64,000 bases of DNA. It comes from an uncultured Actinomycetes bacterium (GTDB lineage: Bacteria; Actinomycetota; Acidimicrobiia; IMCC26256; DASPTH01). Shown one piece after another: positions 1 to 8,878 of the stretch. The DNA lies in assembly GCA_963720785.1 (NCBI GenBank), contig CAVRGQ010000008.1, positions 834,651-898,650 on the forward strand. Reading direction: 5' to 3'. The position numbers and the translations under genes were made by a program. Each line of letters begins with the position of its first letter. The stretch's first letter is position 1. Under the pieces are notes generated by a model. It had not been told where the DNA came from. It saw only the letters and a program-made list of their open reading frames with translations, and made no database searches.

Positions 1-1
1 G

Positions 2-544
2 CTCGTCGGCGCGTACGGCGTGGGTGCGATCCTCGGTTCGTTCGTGATGGTGGGTACCGGTGACCGCTGGCGTCGTTCGCGGTTCACCGTCGTCGGCTTC
101 TCGCTGTTCGTCGTCGGCGAGGTCGTGCTCGGGCTCGCACCGGTGTACGCGATCGCGCTCGTCGGCCTCGGCGCCATCGGCATGGCCCAGGTCCTCGCGA
201 TGGTGTCATGCCAGACCGCCATCCAGGTGAACGTCGAGGAGCAGTTCCGCGGCCGGGTGCTGTCGATCTACGTGATGTGCTTCTTCGCGGGCACGCCGAT
301 CGGTGCGCTCCTGGGCGGCATCGCCGCCGACGTCGTCGGGCTGCGCGCGACCGTCGTCGGCGCGGCCGTGCTCATGGCGGGCACCATCGTGTACCTCGTG
401 CTGCGCTACGACGGGCTGCGTCCGCTCGACCAGTCGATCGCCGGCTTCGACCAGGACGCCGTGCGGGTGGAGCGCGCCGGGCTCGCCGGCGCCGACCTCG
501 ACACCCCCGACCACCTCGCCGTCGAGGGCATCGACTTCGACTGA
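2..544 (+). CDS. MFS transporter, C-terminal part (5' end outside window)
   Basis: Consecutive hydrophobic helices; 'QVNVEEQFRGRVLSIY...GTPIGALLGG' is typical of MFS_3/H+-antiporter C-terminal halves. Frame is open to the window edge. Confidence 0.85.
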   Translation, partial: LVGAYGVGAILGSFVMVGTGDRWRRSRFTVVGFSLFVVGEVVLGLAPVYAIALVGLGAIGMAQVLAMVSCQTAIQVNVEEQFRGRVLSIYVMCFFAGTPIGALLGGIAADVVGLRATVVGAAVLMAGTIVYLVLRYDGLRPLDQSIAGFDQDAVRVERAGLAGADLDTPDHLAVEGIDFD

Positions 545-556
545 CTCCCCTCTCCT

Positions 557-606
557 GTTTTGGCGTCACCACGCGTCGCTATAGCGACCTCAGGTGACGC
601 CAAAAC
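557..606. repeat. Nested palindrome (REP/MITE-like), divergent relative of the 7877/24816/50592 family
   Basis: GTTTTGGCGTCACC...GGTGACGCCAAAAC (14-bp arms) enclosing the perfect palindrome GTCGCTATAGCGAC; lies between convergent genes. Confidence 0.8.
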
Positions 607-622
607 GGGCGGGTCGTGTGGT

Positions 623-1767
623 TCAGAGGGGGTCGCCGGTGCGGGCGAAGCAGTCGGCCATGTTCGTGCCGAGGAAGGCGGTCCGCACCGCGTCGTCGAG
701 GTCGTCGAGGCCGGGTTGGAGGATGCCGAGCGGATCGGCGTTGCCCTCCTGGTGCGGGTAGTCGGAGGAGAACACCGTGAGGTCGGGCATCGCGTCGAGC
801 GTCGCCCACACGTCGTCGCCGAAGCCGAGCAGCGGCGTGACCCGCAACTGGTCACGGAACATGTCGGCCGCGCTGCGCTCGTAGGGCCAGTCCCCCGTCG
901 CGAACGACGACTGCGCCTGGCGCTCCATGATCGCCCGGAACCCGGGGATCCAGTCGGTGCGCACCTCGGCGCACAGCACGGTGAGCTGCGGGTGACGCGG
1001 CGAACACGCCGCCGTAGAGCAGACCCGCGAGGATCTGCTGCGCGACGAGATGGCGCTGCGAGTTGGCGAGGCGCACGAGGCCGGCGACGCCCGAGCTGTT
1101 CGGCTGGTCCCACCCGATGTCGGCCCACCCGGCGAAGTCGGCGCCGGTGTTGCCCACGTGGATCACCGCGATCATCCCGAGGCGCACCGCGGCCTCGTAG
1201 ACGACGTCGTACATCGGGTGGCCGGGTGAGCGACCGCCCGGCGGTCTGCCGTGCTCGGCGTAGAGGAAGAACGCGCGGTGAGCCGCGCGCCCGCGCCCGC
1301 TCGAGCTCCGCGACCGCGACGGCCGGGTCGGTGAGGTCGACGATGGCGACGAGGTGCAGGCGGTCGGCGTGGTCGGACAGGGCGTCGGCGAGGAAGTCGT
1401 TGCACCGGCGCGCACCAACGGGTCGGTCCGCGCCGAGGAACTCCAGGCCCTGCCAGTAGCCGCCGGGATTCACCAGCGAGTGGTCGATCCCGATCGCGTC
1501 CATCCACTCGACCCGTTCGGTGGACGTCGACTGGTGGAGCGGGTGGAGGATGACCGGGCCGCCCTTGTCCTCGGCCAGCTTGACCAGGCCGGGGAGCATC
1601 TGCGCCGCGGTCGGCTTCGGCTCCGGCAGGTCGGCGAGCAGGTCGCCGGCAATGGCGAAGGCGAGGCGGTCGAGCCCTTTCGGGATGCGGTCGACCCACG
1701 GTGCGAGCGGGTCCGTCCCCGAGGCGAAGGTCTGGACCTCCCAGTGCGTGTCGACATCGACGATCAC
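623..1767 (-). CDS. Amidohydrolase family protein (amidohydrolase_2), split by two single-base indels (~1278, ~998)
   Basis: N-terminal DVDTH, then 'RAFFLY...PGHPMYDVVYEAAVRLGMIAVIHVG', then C-terminal 'FSSDYPHQEG' in three successive frames. 1145 nt = 381 codons + 2. Confidence 0.85.
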
Positions 1768-1811
1768 GGCGGCGCTCCTCCCCCAGGACCACCGGCGGTC
1801 ACCGGCTGGCG

Positions 1812-1826
1812 GGTTACACCGTAACC
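1812..1826. promoter_or_regulatory. Palindromic operator candidate GGTTAC-ACC-GTAACC
   Basis: Perfect 6-bp dyad in the divergent intergenic region about 45 nt upstream of the amidohydrolase start. Confidence 0.4.
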
Positions 1827-1948
1827 ACGTTCTGCGATCGGGGGCACGTTCGTCTGCCGATTCGGGAACCCCGGGGGGTACTGCCGTCGTTCACTCTCCG
1901 GATCATGCACCCGTGCACCCGGCGCGGGCTCTCCTGGAGGGGACATCC

Positions 1949-2728
1949 ATGTCACTCATGCTCGAAGACCCGCCGCGCGCGCCCGAAGAGGCGGCGACCA
2001 TGCCAGCAGCACCGGAGGTGACGGTGCGAGTGGTGACGGAGCACGCACCGGCCACCCGGAGGCGCCGCCTCCCCCGTCCCGGCAACGTGCTCTCCACCCT
2101 CGTCGCCCTCGCCCTGACCGTCGCGATCCTGCTGGCCGTGGGCGTCGCGACCGGCTTCCTGCACCTCGGCAATCCGTTCGCGACCACCGCGATCGACCGG
2201 TCGCCGCCCGCGGTGCTCAAGCAGATGAGCAACCTCGCGACGTACTCCGCGGCCCAGGGTCGTTACCAGCAGACGATCGACGTCGAGGACGACGTGTCGA
2301 TCCTGCCGTCGTTCCTCGCCGGTGAGCACACCGTGTTCCTCGCGCAGGGTTCGGTGGACGCGCAGGTCGACTTCTCGGGCATGGCGGCGGACGCGGTGCA
2401 GGTGCGCGGCGACAACGCCGTCACCGTGAACCTGCCCGAGCCCACACTGGCCGCGCCGGTGATCGACATGAACGCGAGTCGCGTCGCCAGCCACGACCGT
2501 GGCCTGCTCAACCGGGTGGGCGCGGTCTTCACCGACAACCCCAACGGCGAGCAGCGCTTCTACGAGCTGGCACAGGCGAAGATCGCCAAGGCGGCGAAGT
2601 CGGGCCAGCTCGTCACGCGCGCCGAGGCCAACACTACGAAGATGCTCCAGGGCCTCCTCGGCAAGGTGGGCTTCACCGACGTGCAGGTGAACTTCGTGCC
2701 GGCCGCGGCGGCCGGCTCCGCCAAGTAG
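1949..2728 (+). CDS. DUF4230-type membrane-anchored protein
   Basis: GGAGG RBS before ATG 1949; one TM helix, then 'A.GSVDA.VDF...VTVNLPEP...A...A...L..RAE.NT..ML.GLL..VGF..V.V.F', the DUF4230 pattern as recalled. Confidence 0.75.
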   Translation: MSLMLEDPPRAPEEAATMPAAPEVTVRVVTEHAPATRRRRLPRPGNVLSTLVALALTVAILLAVGVATGFLHLGNPFATTAIDRSPPAVLKQMSNLATYSAAQGRYQQTIDVEDDVSILPSFLAGEHTVFLAQGSVDAQVDFSGMAADAVQVRGDNAVTVNLPEPTLAAPVIDMNASRVASHDRGLLNRVGAVFTDNPNGEQRFYELAQAKIAKAAKSGQLVTRAEANTTKMLQGLLGKVGFTDVQVNFVPAAAAGSAK

Positions 2729-2740
2729 CCAACGCGTGGG

Positions 2741-4477
2741 TCAGGCGGTTCGGTCCGGGGTGCTGCGTGCGCCCCGGACCACACCGGCCGGCTGCGCGCC
2801 GGTGCACTCGTCGTTCTCCAGCACGGCCACGCCGTTCTTGAACGTGGCGACGTAGCCGTCGGCGCGCTGCAGCAGGCGCGGCGCACCACCGGGCAGGTCG
2901 TGCACCAGTTCGGGGCGGCGCACCGCGAGGCGGTCGAAGTCGATCACGTTGATGTCGGCGAGCTTCCCCGGTGCGATGACGCCCCGGTCGTGGAGGCCGT
3001 AGAGGGCAGCAGTGTCGGCGCTCTGCAGCTTCACCACCTGCTCCACCGGCAGGCCCTCACCGCGGCTGCGGTCGCGCGCCCAGTGCGTGAGCATCGTGGT
3101 GGGCATGCTGGCGTCGCAGATGGTCGCAACGTGGGCGCCGCCGTCGGCGAGGCCGACCACCGTGGCCGGGTGCACGAGCATCTCCCGGTTCGCGTCGGAG
3201 TTGCCCGCGGCGTAGTTGGTGACGTACCAACCGAAGAGCAGCGTGGGGTCGGCGATGGTCATGTCGATGATCACGTCGGCCGGGGTGACGCCCTGCACCT
3301 GCGCGATGCCCGCGACCGATTCCGCGAAGGTGGGCTCGTAGCTGATCGGCTCCACCATCGGGAACACGCGGTCCCACCGGGCGATGCCGAAGCCGTCTCC
3401 GGTGGGCAGCGCCTCGGCCTCCGCGACGATCGCGGCGCGCACCGACGCGTCGCGCAGGCGCGTGACGACCTCGGCGTCGGGGAGGCCGCGCAGCGCGGCG
3501 AACGACGGGCACTTGTCGAGCACGTGGTACGTGGAACCGAGCCCGGCGAGCGCACCCGCGGGGCGACCGCTGACCTGCACGACCACCAGCGCGCCGTCGG
3601 CCTGCGCCTGACCCGCGAGGGCCACGACGTCGCGCCAGAGGTCGGGCTTCGTGTTGTTCTGGCTGTAGAGCATGCACACGGGGCGGCCGGTGCGCGCCGC
3701 GAGGCGCGTCATCCAGTCGACCTCGCCGAGGATCTTCGTGACGTCCTCGCCGACGACACCCGGTGGCACCACCTGGAACACGCCGGCGCCGGCGCGCGTG
3801 AGCGCGTCGCCGAGGGCGAAGAGCTCGTCTTCGCTCGCGTAGGTGCCGGGGATCGGGGTGCGCTCGGGGCCCATGTAGTGGAGGACGGTGCGCGACGTGG
3901 AGAAGCCGAGCGCCCCGGCCGCGATGCCCTCCTCGATCAGCTTCGCCATCGTCGCGAGGTCGGCATCGGTCGGCGGTTCGTCGCGCGCGCCGCGCTCGCC
4001 CATCACGTAGGTGCGCAGCGCAGCGTGCGGCACCTGTGCGCCGACGTCGATGCTGCGCGGCGTGTCGAGCGCGTCGAGGTATTCGGGGAACGTCTCCCAC
4101 GACCAGTCGAGGCCGGCCTGCAGCGTCGCGAACGGGATGTCCTCGACGCTCTCCATCATCGACATCAACCACTCGCGCCGCTCGGGCGCGCACGGAGCAA
4201 AGCCCACCGAGCAGTTGCCGATCACCGCGGTGGTGACGCCGTGCCAGCACGACGGTGTGAGGTCGGGATCCCACACCGCCTGGCCGTCGTAGTGGGTGTG
4301 GATGTCGACCACGCCGGGGGTGACGAGGAGCCCGTCGGCGTCGACGACACGCGTGGCGGTCCCCGTGACCTTCCCCACCTCGGTGATGACGCCGTCGGTC
4401 ACCGCGATGTCGCCCACGAAGGTGGGGGCGCCGGTACCGTCGGCGATGCGGCCATTGCGAATGATCAGATCGGGCAT
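2741..4477 (-). CDS. N-acyl-D-amino-acid deacylase family amidohydrolase
   Basis: 'DLIIRNGRIADGTG', 'PGVVDIHTHYDGQ', 'HGVTTAVIGNCSVG', 'DGGAHV', 'DRGVIAPGKLADINV'. Confidence 0.9.
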   Translation of the reverse strand: MPDLIIRNGRIADGTGAPTFVGDIAVTDGVITEVGKVTGTATRVVDADGLLVTPGVVDIHTHYDGQAVWDPDLTPSCWHGVTTAVIGNCSVGFAPCAPERREWLMSMMESVEDIPFATLQAGLDWSWETFPEYLDALDTPRSIDVGAQVPHAALRTYVMGERGARDEPPTDADLATMAKLIEEGIAAGALGFSTSRTVLHYMGPERTPIPGTYASEDELFALGDALTRAGAGVFQVVPPGVVGEDVTKILGEVDWMTRLAARTGRPVCMLYSQNNTKPDLWRDVVALAGQAQADGALVVVQVSGRPAGALAGLGSTYHVLDKCPSFAALRGLPDAEVVTRLRDASVRAAIVAEAEALPTGDGFGIARWDRVFPMVEPISYEPTFAESVAGIAQVQGVTPADVIIDMTIADPTLLFGWYVTNYAAGNSDANREMLVHPATVVGLADGGAHVATICDASMPTTMLTHWARDRSRGEGLPVEQVVKLQSADTAALYGLHDRGVIAPGKLADINVIDFDRLAVRRPELVHDLPGGAPRLLQRADGYVATFKNGVAVLENDECTGAQPAGVVRGARSTPDRTA

Positions 4478-4491
4478 GCCGGGACGGTAGC

Positions 4492-5403
4492 TCAGCTGCG
4501 GCAGAGGCCACCGTCCCATCCCGACAGGTCGGCCACCGCGGCGTAAGTCGAGTCGAGGAACTCCCGGACCGCCTCGGCCGGCGCCGCGGTCGAGCGCACG
4601 TCGTCGTAGGGCAGGATGAACTCGCCGAGGTCGTCGTGCCACGCCGCGCCGACGGGCCGGACGGTGGCGTGCTCGATCCCCTCGGGCTTCGGGTAGCCGT
4701 AGGCGTAGAAGGCGGGGGCCGGGTAGCGCTCGTCGCCGGCCCAGAACCCGGCGCTGCACTGCTCGTAGTCGTAGGTCTCCCGCAGGAGCAGATCGGCACC
4801 GGGAGGCGGCGAGCACGGGTCGCCGGAGAACCGGGTGACCGCGAGGTCCATCGACCCCCAGAAGAACTGGGTGCGCGAGACCTTCCCGTTGAAGGCACCT
4901 CGGTACGCGTCGAACACCGGCAGGATCGATCCGAGCACGCGGTGGAAGCGGGTGACCGCCTCGCCGTCGTAACCCCGGGGCCGGGAGTCCTCGGGGAACG
5001 GCACCGGATCGGCGACCTCCTGGGGCATGGTCGAGAGTTCGGCGGTGACGCCGACGTCGCGCAGCGCGGCGAGGAACGCCTCGTGGAACGCGGCGACGCT
5101 CGCGGCGGTGAGGGGCACCGAACGGGTGAGCCCGGCGGAGGTGCGCACCACGACCTCGTGGGCGATCAGGTCGGCATCGGCCTCCACCAGCCCGGGACCA
5201 CCCGGCAGCGCGACCGGTACCGGTCCCGTGGTCAGGCCGCGGGCGCCCACGTAGAGCGTGATGTGCGCCCACTCGGGCTCACGGGGTGAGCACGCCACGC
5301 GCAGCTTCCCCAGCACCTGGAGCTCCAACTGGAGGAACGACAACGTGTCCTTCCACGGCTCGTAGGGCAGGGCCGGCCAGGGATCGTGCGTCACGTCGGT
5401 CAC
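4492..5403 (-). CDS. DUF5996 family protein
   Basis: 'WPALPYEPWKDT...LYVGARGLTTGP...FFWGSMDLAVTRFSG...SAGFW.GD...PAFYAYGYP.P...LGEFILPYDDVR', the DUF5996 pattern as recalled. Confidence 0.8.
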   Translation of the reverse strand: MTDVTHDPWPALPYEPWKDTLSFLQLELQVLGKLRVACSPREPEWAHITLYVGARGLTTGPVPVALPGGPGLVEADADLIAHEVVVRTSAGLTRSVPLTAASVAAFHEAFLAALRDVGVTAELSTMPQEVADPVPFPEDSRPRGYDGEAVTRFHRVLGSILPVFDAYRGAFNGKVSRTQFFWGSMDLAVTRFSGDPCSPPPGADLLLRETYDYEQCSAGFWAGDERYPAPAFYAYGYPKPEGIEHATVRPVGAAWHDDLGEFILPYDDVRSTAAPAEAVREFLDSTYAAVADLSGWDGGLCRS

Positions 5404-5460
5404 CTCGACAGGCTCGCGCGTGCGCCGGGCCGGCGCCCACCGACGGGGAACTGCCGGGAT

Positions 5461-5475
5461 TGCATACGGTATACG
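5461..5475. promoter_or_regulatory. Imperfect dyad TGCATAC-G-GTATACG, possible GntR-family operator
   Basis: AT-rich ATAC/GTAT dyad in a short divergent intergenic region; family assignment is inference. Confidence 0.3.
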
Positions 5476-5500
5476 GACCGTTCAGAGGGGGAACCTGCGC

Positions 5501-6721
5501 ATGATCGACTACGACCTCGACTGGATCATCTCCGTCGACGACCACGTCATCGAGCCGCCGCACGTGTGGCAGGAGTACGTGCCCGCGAAGTTCCGCGACC
5601 ACGCGCCGCGCATGACCGTGGAAGACGGTGTGGAGCTGTGGCACTGGGAGGGAAAGGTGTACCCCACGTCGGGCATGAACGCGGCGGCGGGACGCGACCG
5701 GGAGGAGTTCTCACCTCTCCCCCTCACCTACGCCGAGATGCGACCGGGTTGTTACGACCCCAAGGCGCGCGTCGAGGACATGGACCGCGACCACGTGCTC
5801 GCGTCGATGCTGTTCCCGACGCTGCCGCGATTCGCCGGCCCGCTCTTCTCCGAGTGCGCCGACAAGGAGCTCGGCCTCGCGTGCATTCAGGCCTACAACA
5901 ACTGGATGATCGACGAGTGGTGCGGCACCGCGCCCGGTCGCTTCATCCCGATGATCATCGTGCCACTGTGGGACGGGCACCTCGCGGCACGCGAGGTGGA
6001 GCGCTGCGCCGCCAAGGGAGCGAAGGCGATCACCTTCCCCGAGAACACCGCGCCGCTCGGCTTCCCCTCGCTGCACGACCCGAACCGGCACTGGGACCCG
6101 CTCTTCGCCGCGCTGCAGGAGACGGGCATGCCGGTGTGCACGCACATCGGGTCGTCGAGCTCGCTGCCCACCACCGCCCCCGACGCGCCGCTCATCGTGC
6201 CCACCGCGATGGTCGTCATGAACTCGCAGATCGCGTGTGCCGACTGGCTCTACAGCGGCAACTTCCTGCGCTTCCCCGGCCTCAAGCTCTGCCTCTCGGA
6301 GGGCGGCATCGGGTGGATCCCCTACGTGCTCGAGCGCCTCGACCACGTCGTCGAGACGCAACGGGCCTGGGTGACCAAGAAGATGGAGCTCGACTTCTCC
6401 ACCGGTAGCGTCGTGGAGGTGAGCGACGCGATCAACGACGACGGCCTCGACCCGTTCTCCGTCCTCCCGTCGCAGCTCTTCCGTGACCACGTGTACGGCT
6501 GCTTCATCCAGGACGAGTACGGCGCCGCCAACATCGACCGCATCGGCGCCGAGAACATCATGATCGAGGTCGACTACCCGCACACCGACTGCACGTGGCC
6601 CAACTCGCTCGAGATCGCACACCGGGCGCTGGCCGACTGCACGGCGGAGCAGCAGTGGCTGATCCTGCAGGGCAACGCGCGGCGGGTGTTCGACTTCGAG
6701 CCCGCCGCGCCTCCGGCGTAG
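5501..6721 (+). CDS. Amidohydrolase family protein (amidohydrolase_2)
   Basis: 'ISVDDHVIEPP', 'AYNNWMIDEWC', 'HIGSSS', 'SEGGIGW', 'EVDYPHTDCTWP'. Confidence 0.92.
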   Translation: MIDYDLDWIISVDDHVIEPPHVWQEYVPAKFRDHAPRMTVEDGVELWHWEGKVYPTSGMNAAAGRDREEFSPLPLTYAEMRPGCYDPKARVEDMDRDHVLASMLFPTLPRFAGPLFSECADKELGLACIQAYNNWMIDEWCGTAPGRFIPMIIVPLWDGHLAAREVERCAAKGAKAITFPENTAPLGFPSLHDPNRHWDPLFAALQETGMPVCTHIGSSSSLPTTAPDAPLIVPTAMVVMNSQIACADWLYSGNFLRFPGLKLCLSEGGIGWIPYVLERLDHVVETQRAWVTKKMELDFSTGSVVEVSDAINDDGLDPFSVLPSQLFRDHVYGCFIQDEYGAANIDRIGAENIMIEVDYPHTDCTWPNSLEIAHRALADCTAEQQWLILQGNARRVFDFEPAAPPA

Positions 6722-6731
6722 GGTTCGCCAC

Positions 6732-7871
6732 ATGACCGAAACCGGGAAGGGCCCGCTCGCGGGCATCCGCGTCGTCGATCTCACGATGAACCTGTCGGGG
6801 CCGTTCGCCACGTTGGTGCTGGCCCAGCAGGGCGCCGACGTCATCAAGATCGAGCGCCCGCCGGACGGCGACATCCTGCGCCGCGTCGGCACGGGCCGCG
6901 GCGGCGTGGCCGCTTACTTCGTCAACGCCAACTGGGGGAAGCGGTCGGTCGCACTCGACCTCAACGACCCCGGGCACAAGGAGGTGCTGGCGAAGCTGAT
7001 CGCCACCGCCGACGTGCTGGTGGAGAACTTCCGGCCCACGGTGATGCCCGGCCTCGGCTTCCCGCCCGAGGAGCTGGTGGCGAAGCACCCGCGCCTGATC
7101 TACGCGGCCGTGCGCGGCTTCCCCTCCGACTCGCACCTGGCCGACGCGCCCGCGTACGACCACGTGATCCAGGCGATGACCGGCTTCGGCGCCAACCAGG
7201 CCGACCTCAAGACCGGCGTGCCCGTGCTCGTGCAGCAGGCGCTCGTCGACAAGGTCACCGGCCTCACCACCGCGCAGGCCGTCACCGCCGCGCTCTTCGA
7301 ACGTGAGCGCACCGGCAAGGGCCAGCTGCTCGAGATCTCGATGTTGCACGCGGGCCTCGCCTTCCTGTGGCCCGACGTCACCACCAACGTCACGATGGAG
7401 GGCGAGTTCGACAAGCTGCCGCCGCAGTCGCGCACGTTCCGCCTCACACCGACCGCCGACGGCCACATCGCGATGATCACCGTCACCACACCGCAGTGGG
7501 AGGGCCTCCTGCGCGCGGTCGGCCGCGACGAGCTGGTCGGCAACCCTGACTTCGCGACCCCGCAGAAGCGCGGCCGCAACGCCGCGGGAGTGATGAAGGA
7601 GATCGCCGCCTTCCTCAAGACGCTCCCCACCGCCGAGGTGGTCGAGCGGCTCTCGAGCAACGGCGTGCCGTGCGGTCAGGTGTCGACGCTCGAGGAGATG
7701 CCGGGGTTGGTGGAGTCGATCTCCCCGGGCTTCCTCGTGCACGAGGAGCACCCGCAGGTCGGCCCGATGATCCATCCGAAGCCCGCGGTGGAGTTCACCA
7801 CCAACCCGGAGATCCGCCCGGCGCCGGCCCTCGGCCAGCACACCGACGAGATCCTCGCCGAACTCGACTGA
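6732..7871 (+). CDS. CaiB/BaiF family (class III) CoA-transferase
   Basis: 'GPLAGIRVVDLT', 'LAQQGADVIKIE', 'NWGKRSVALDL', 'ADVLVENFRP', 'PAYD', 'APALGQHTDEIL'. Confidence 0.93.
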   Translation: MTETGKGPLAGIRVVDLTMNLSGPFATLVLAQQGADVIKIERPPDGDILRRVGTGRGGVAAYFVNANWGKRSVALDLNDPGHKEVLAKLIATADVLVENFRPTVMPGLGFPPEELVAKHPRLIYAAVRGFPSDSHLADAPAYDHVIQAMTGFGANQADLKTGVPVLVQQALVDKVTGLTTAQAVTAALFERERTGKGQLLEISMLHAGLAFLWPDVTTNVTMEGEFDKLPPQSRTFRLTPTADGHIAMITVTTPQWEGLLRAVGRDELVGNPDFATPQKRGRNAAGVMKEIAAFLKTLPTAEVVERLSSNGVPCGQVSTLEEMPGLVESISPGFLVHEEHPQVGPMIHPKPAVEFTTNPEIRPAPALGQHTDEILAELD

Positions 7872-7876
7872 TCTTC

Positions 7877-7927
7877 CGAACCGGCGTCAATCCCTGCCCA
7901 CTATGGGCTGGAATTGACGCCGGTTCG
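7877..7927. repeat. 51-bp nested palindrome (REP/MITE-like), copy 1
   Basis: CGAACCGGCGTCAAT...ATTGACGCCGGTTCG arms with inner GCCCA-CTA-TGGGC; near-identical copies at 24816 and 50592. Confidence 0.9.
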
Positions 7928-7933
7928 TTCAGG

Positions 7934-8854
7934 TCAGAGGGAGTCGAGGAGGGCCCGGAACTGCGTGAGCTGCTCGCGGAGGGCGGGCAGTCCGGCGGTG
8001 GGATCGCCCGTCGCATCGGGAGCGCAGTAGCGAGCGACCATGACGCGGCTCGCGCCGGCGTCGACGAAGCGGCGGAGGTACGCGAGGTCCGTCTCCGACG
8101 ACGGGTCGTGGCTGCCGGGCCACACACTGAGCTCCACCGCCTCGGGGTCACGGCCGTGCCTCGCGGCGATCTCCCGCAAACGCGCCGACTTCTCCGCGAA
8201 CTCGTCGGGGCCGATGGTGAACGGGAACCAGCCGTCGCCGATGCGCGCGGCGCGGTCGAGTGCGGCGTCGCTGTTGCCCCCCAGCACGATGGGTACCGCA
8301 CCCCGCGCCGGTTGCGGAGTCGAGTACACGCGTCGGAAGGCGACGTGCTCACCTTCGAACGTGGCGGGCGACTGCGTCCACAGCGCACGCATCGCGCCCA
8401 TGCACTCCTCGAGGCGCGCCCCGCGCTGGCGGAACGGCGCGCCGACCGCCTCGTACTCCTCGCGCTGCCAACCGATACCGAGACCGAGCAGCATGCGCCC
8501 GCTCGAGAGGTTGTCGATGGTGGACACGCGCTTCGCCAGCACGGCGGGGCTGTGCAGCGGTGCGACCACCACGCAGGTGCCGAGCTTGACCGTGCTCGAC
8601 ACCGCGGCGACGTAGGCCAGCGTGTCGAGCGGATCGGTCATCGGCACCGAACCCGACGCAGCGCGCCCCGACGGCATCTCGCCGTTCTCCGAGTACGGGT
8701 ACTTCGGGTCGTAGTCGGCGGCGACGACGACGTGCTCGACCCCCCACACCGACTCGGCGCCGCACTCCTCCACCACCGCCACCCACTCGCGCAGGAAGGC
8801 GCCGGAGGTGATCTGCCCGGGCGCGATCGGCAGCATCACCCCCAGATCGACCAT
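7934..8854 (-). CDS. LLM-class F420-dependent oxidoreductase
   Basis: 'ESVWGVEHVV', 'DPLDTLAYVAA..STVKLGT', 'LAKRVSTIDNLSSGRMLLGLGIGW..EEY', 'PIVLGGNS.AAL.RAARIGDGW'. Confidence 0.92.
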   Translation of the reverse strand: MVDLGVMLPIAPGQITSGAFLREWVAVVEECGAESVWGVEHVVVAADYDPKYPYSENGEMPSGRAASGSVPMTDPLDTLAYVAAVSSTVKLGTCVVVAPLHSPAVLAKRVSTIDNLSSGRMLLGLGIGWQREEYEAVGAPFRQRGARLEECMGAMRALWTQSPATFEGEHVAFRRVYSTPQPARGAVPIVLGGNSDAALDRAARIGDGWFPFTIGPDEFAEKSARLREIAARHGRDPEAVELSVWPGSHDPSSETDLAYLRRFVDAGASRVMVARYCAPDATGDPTAGLPALREQLTQFRALLDSL

Positions 8855-8878
8855 GTGCGTGCCCGGGTGCGGCGTGAT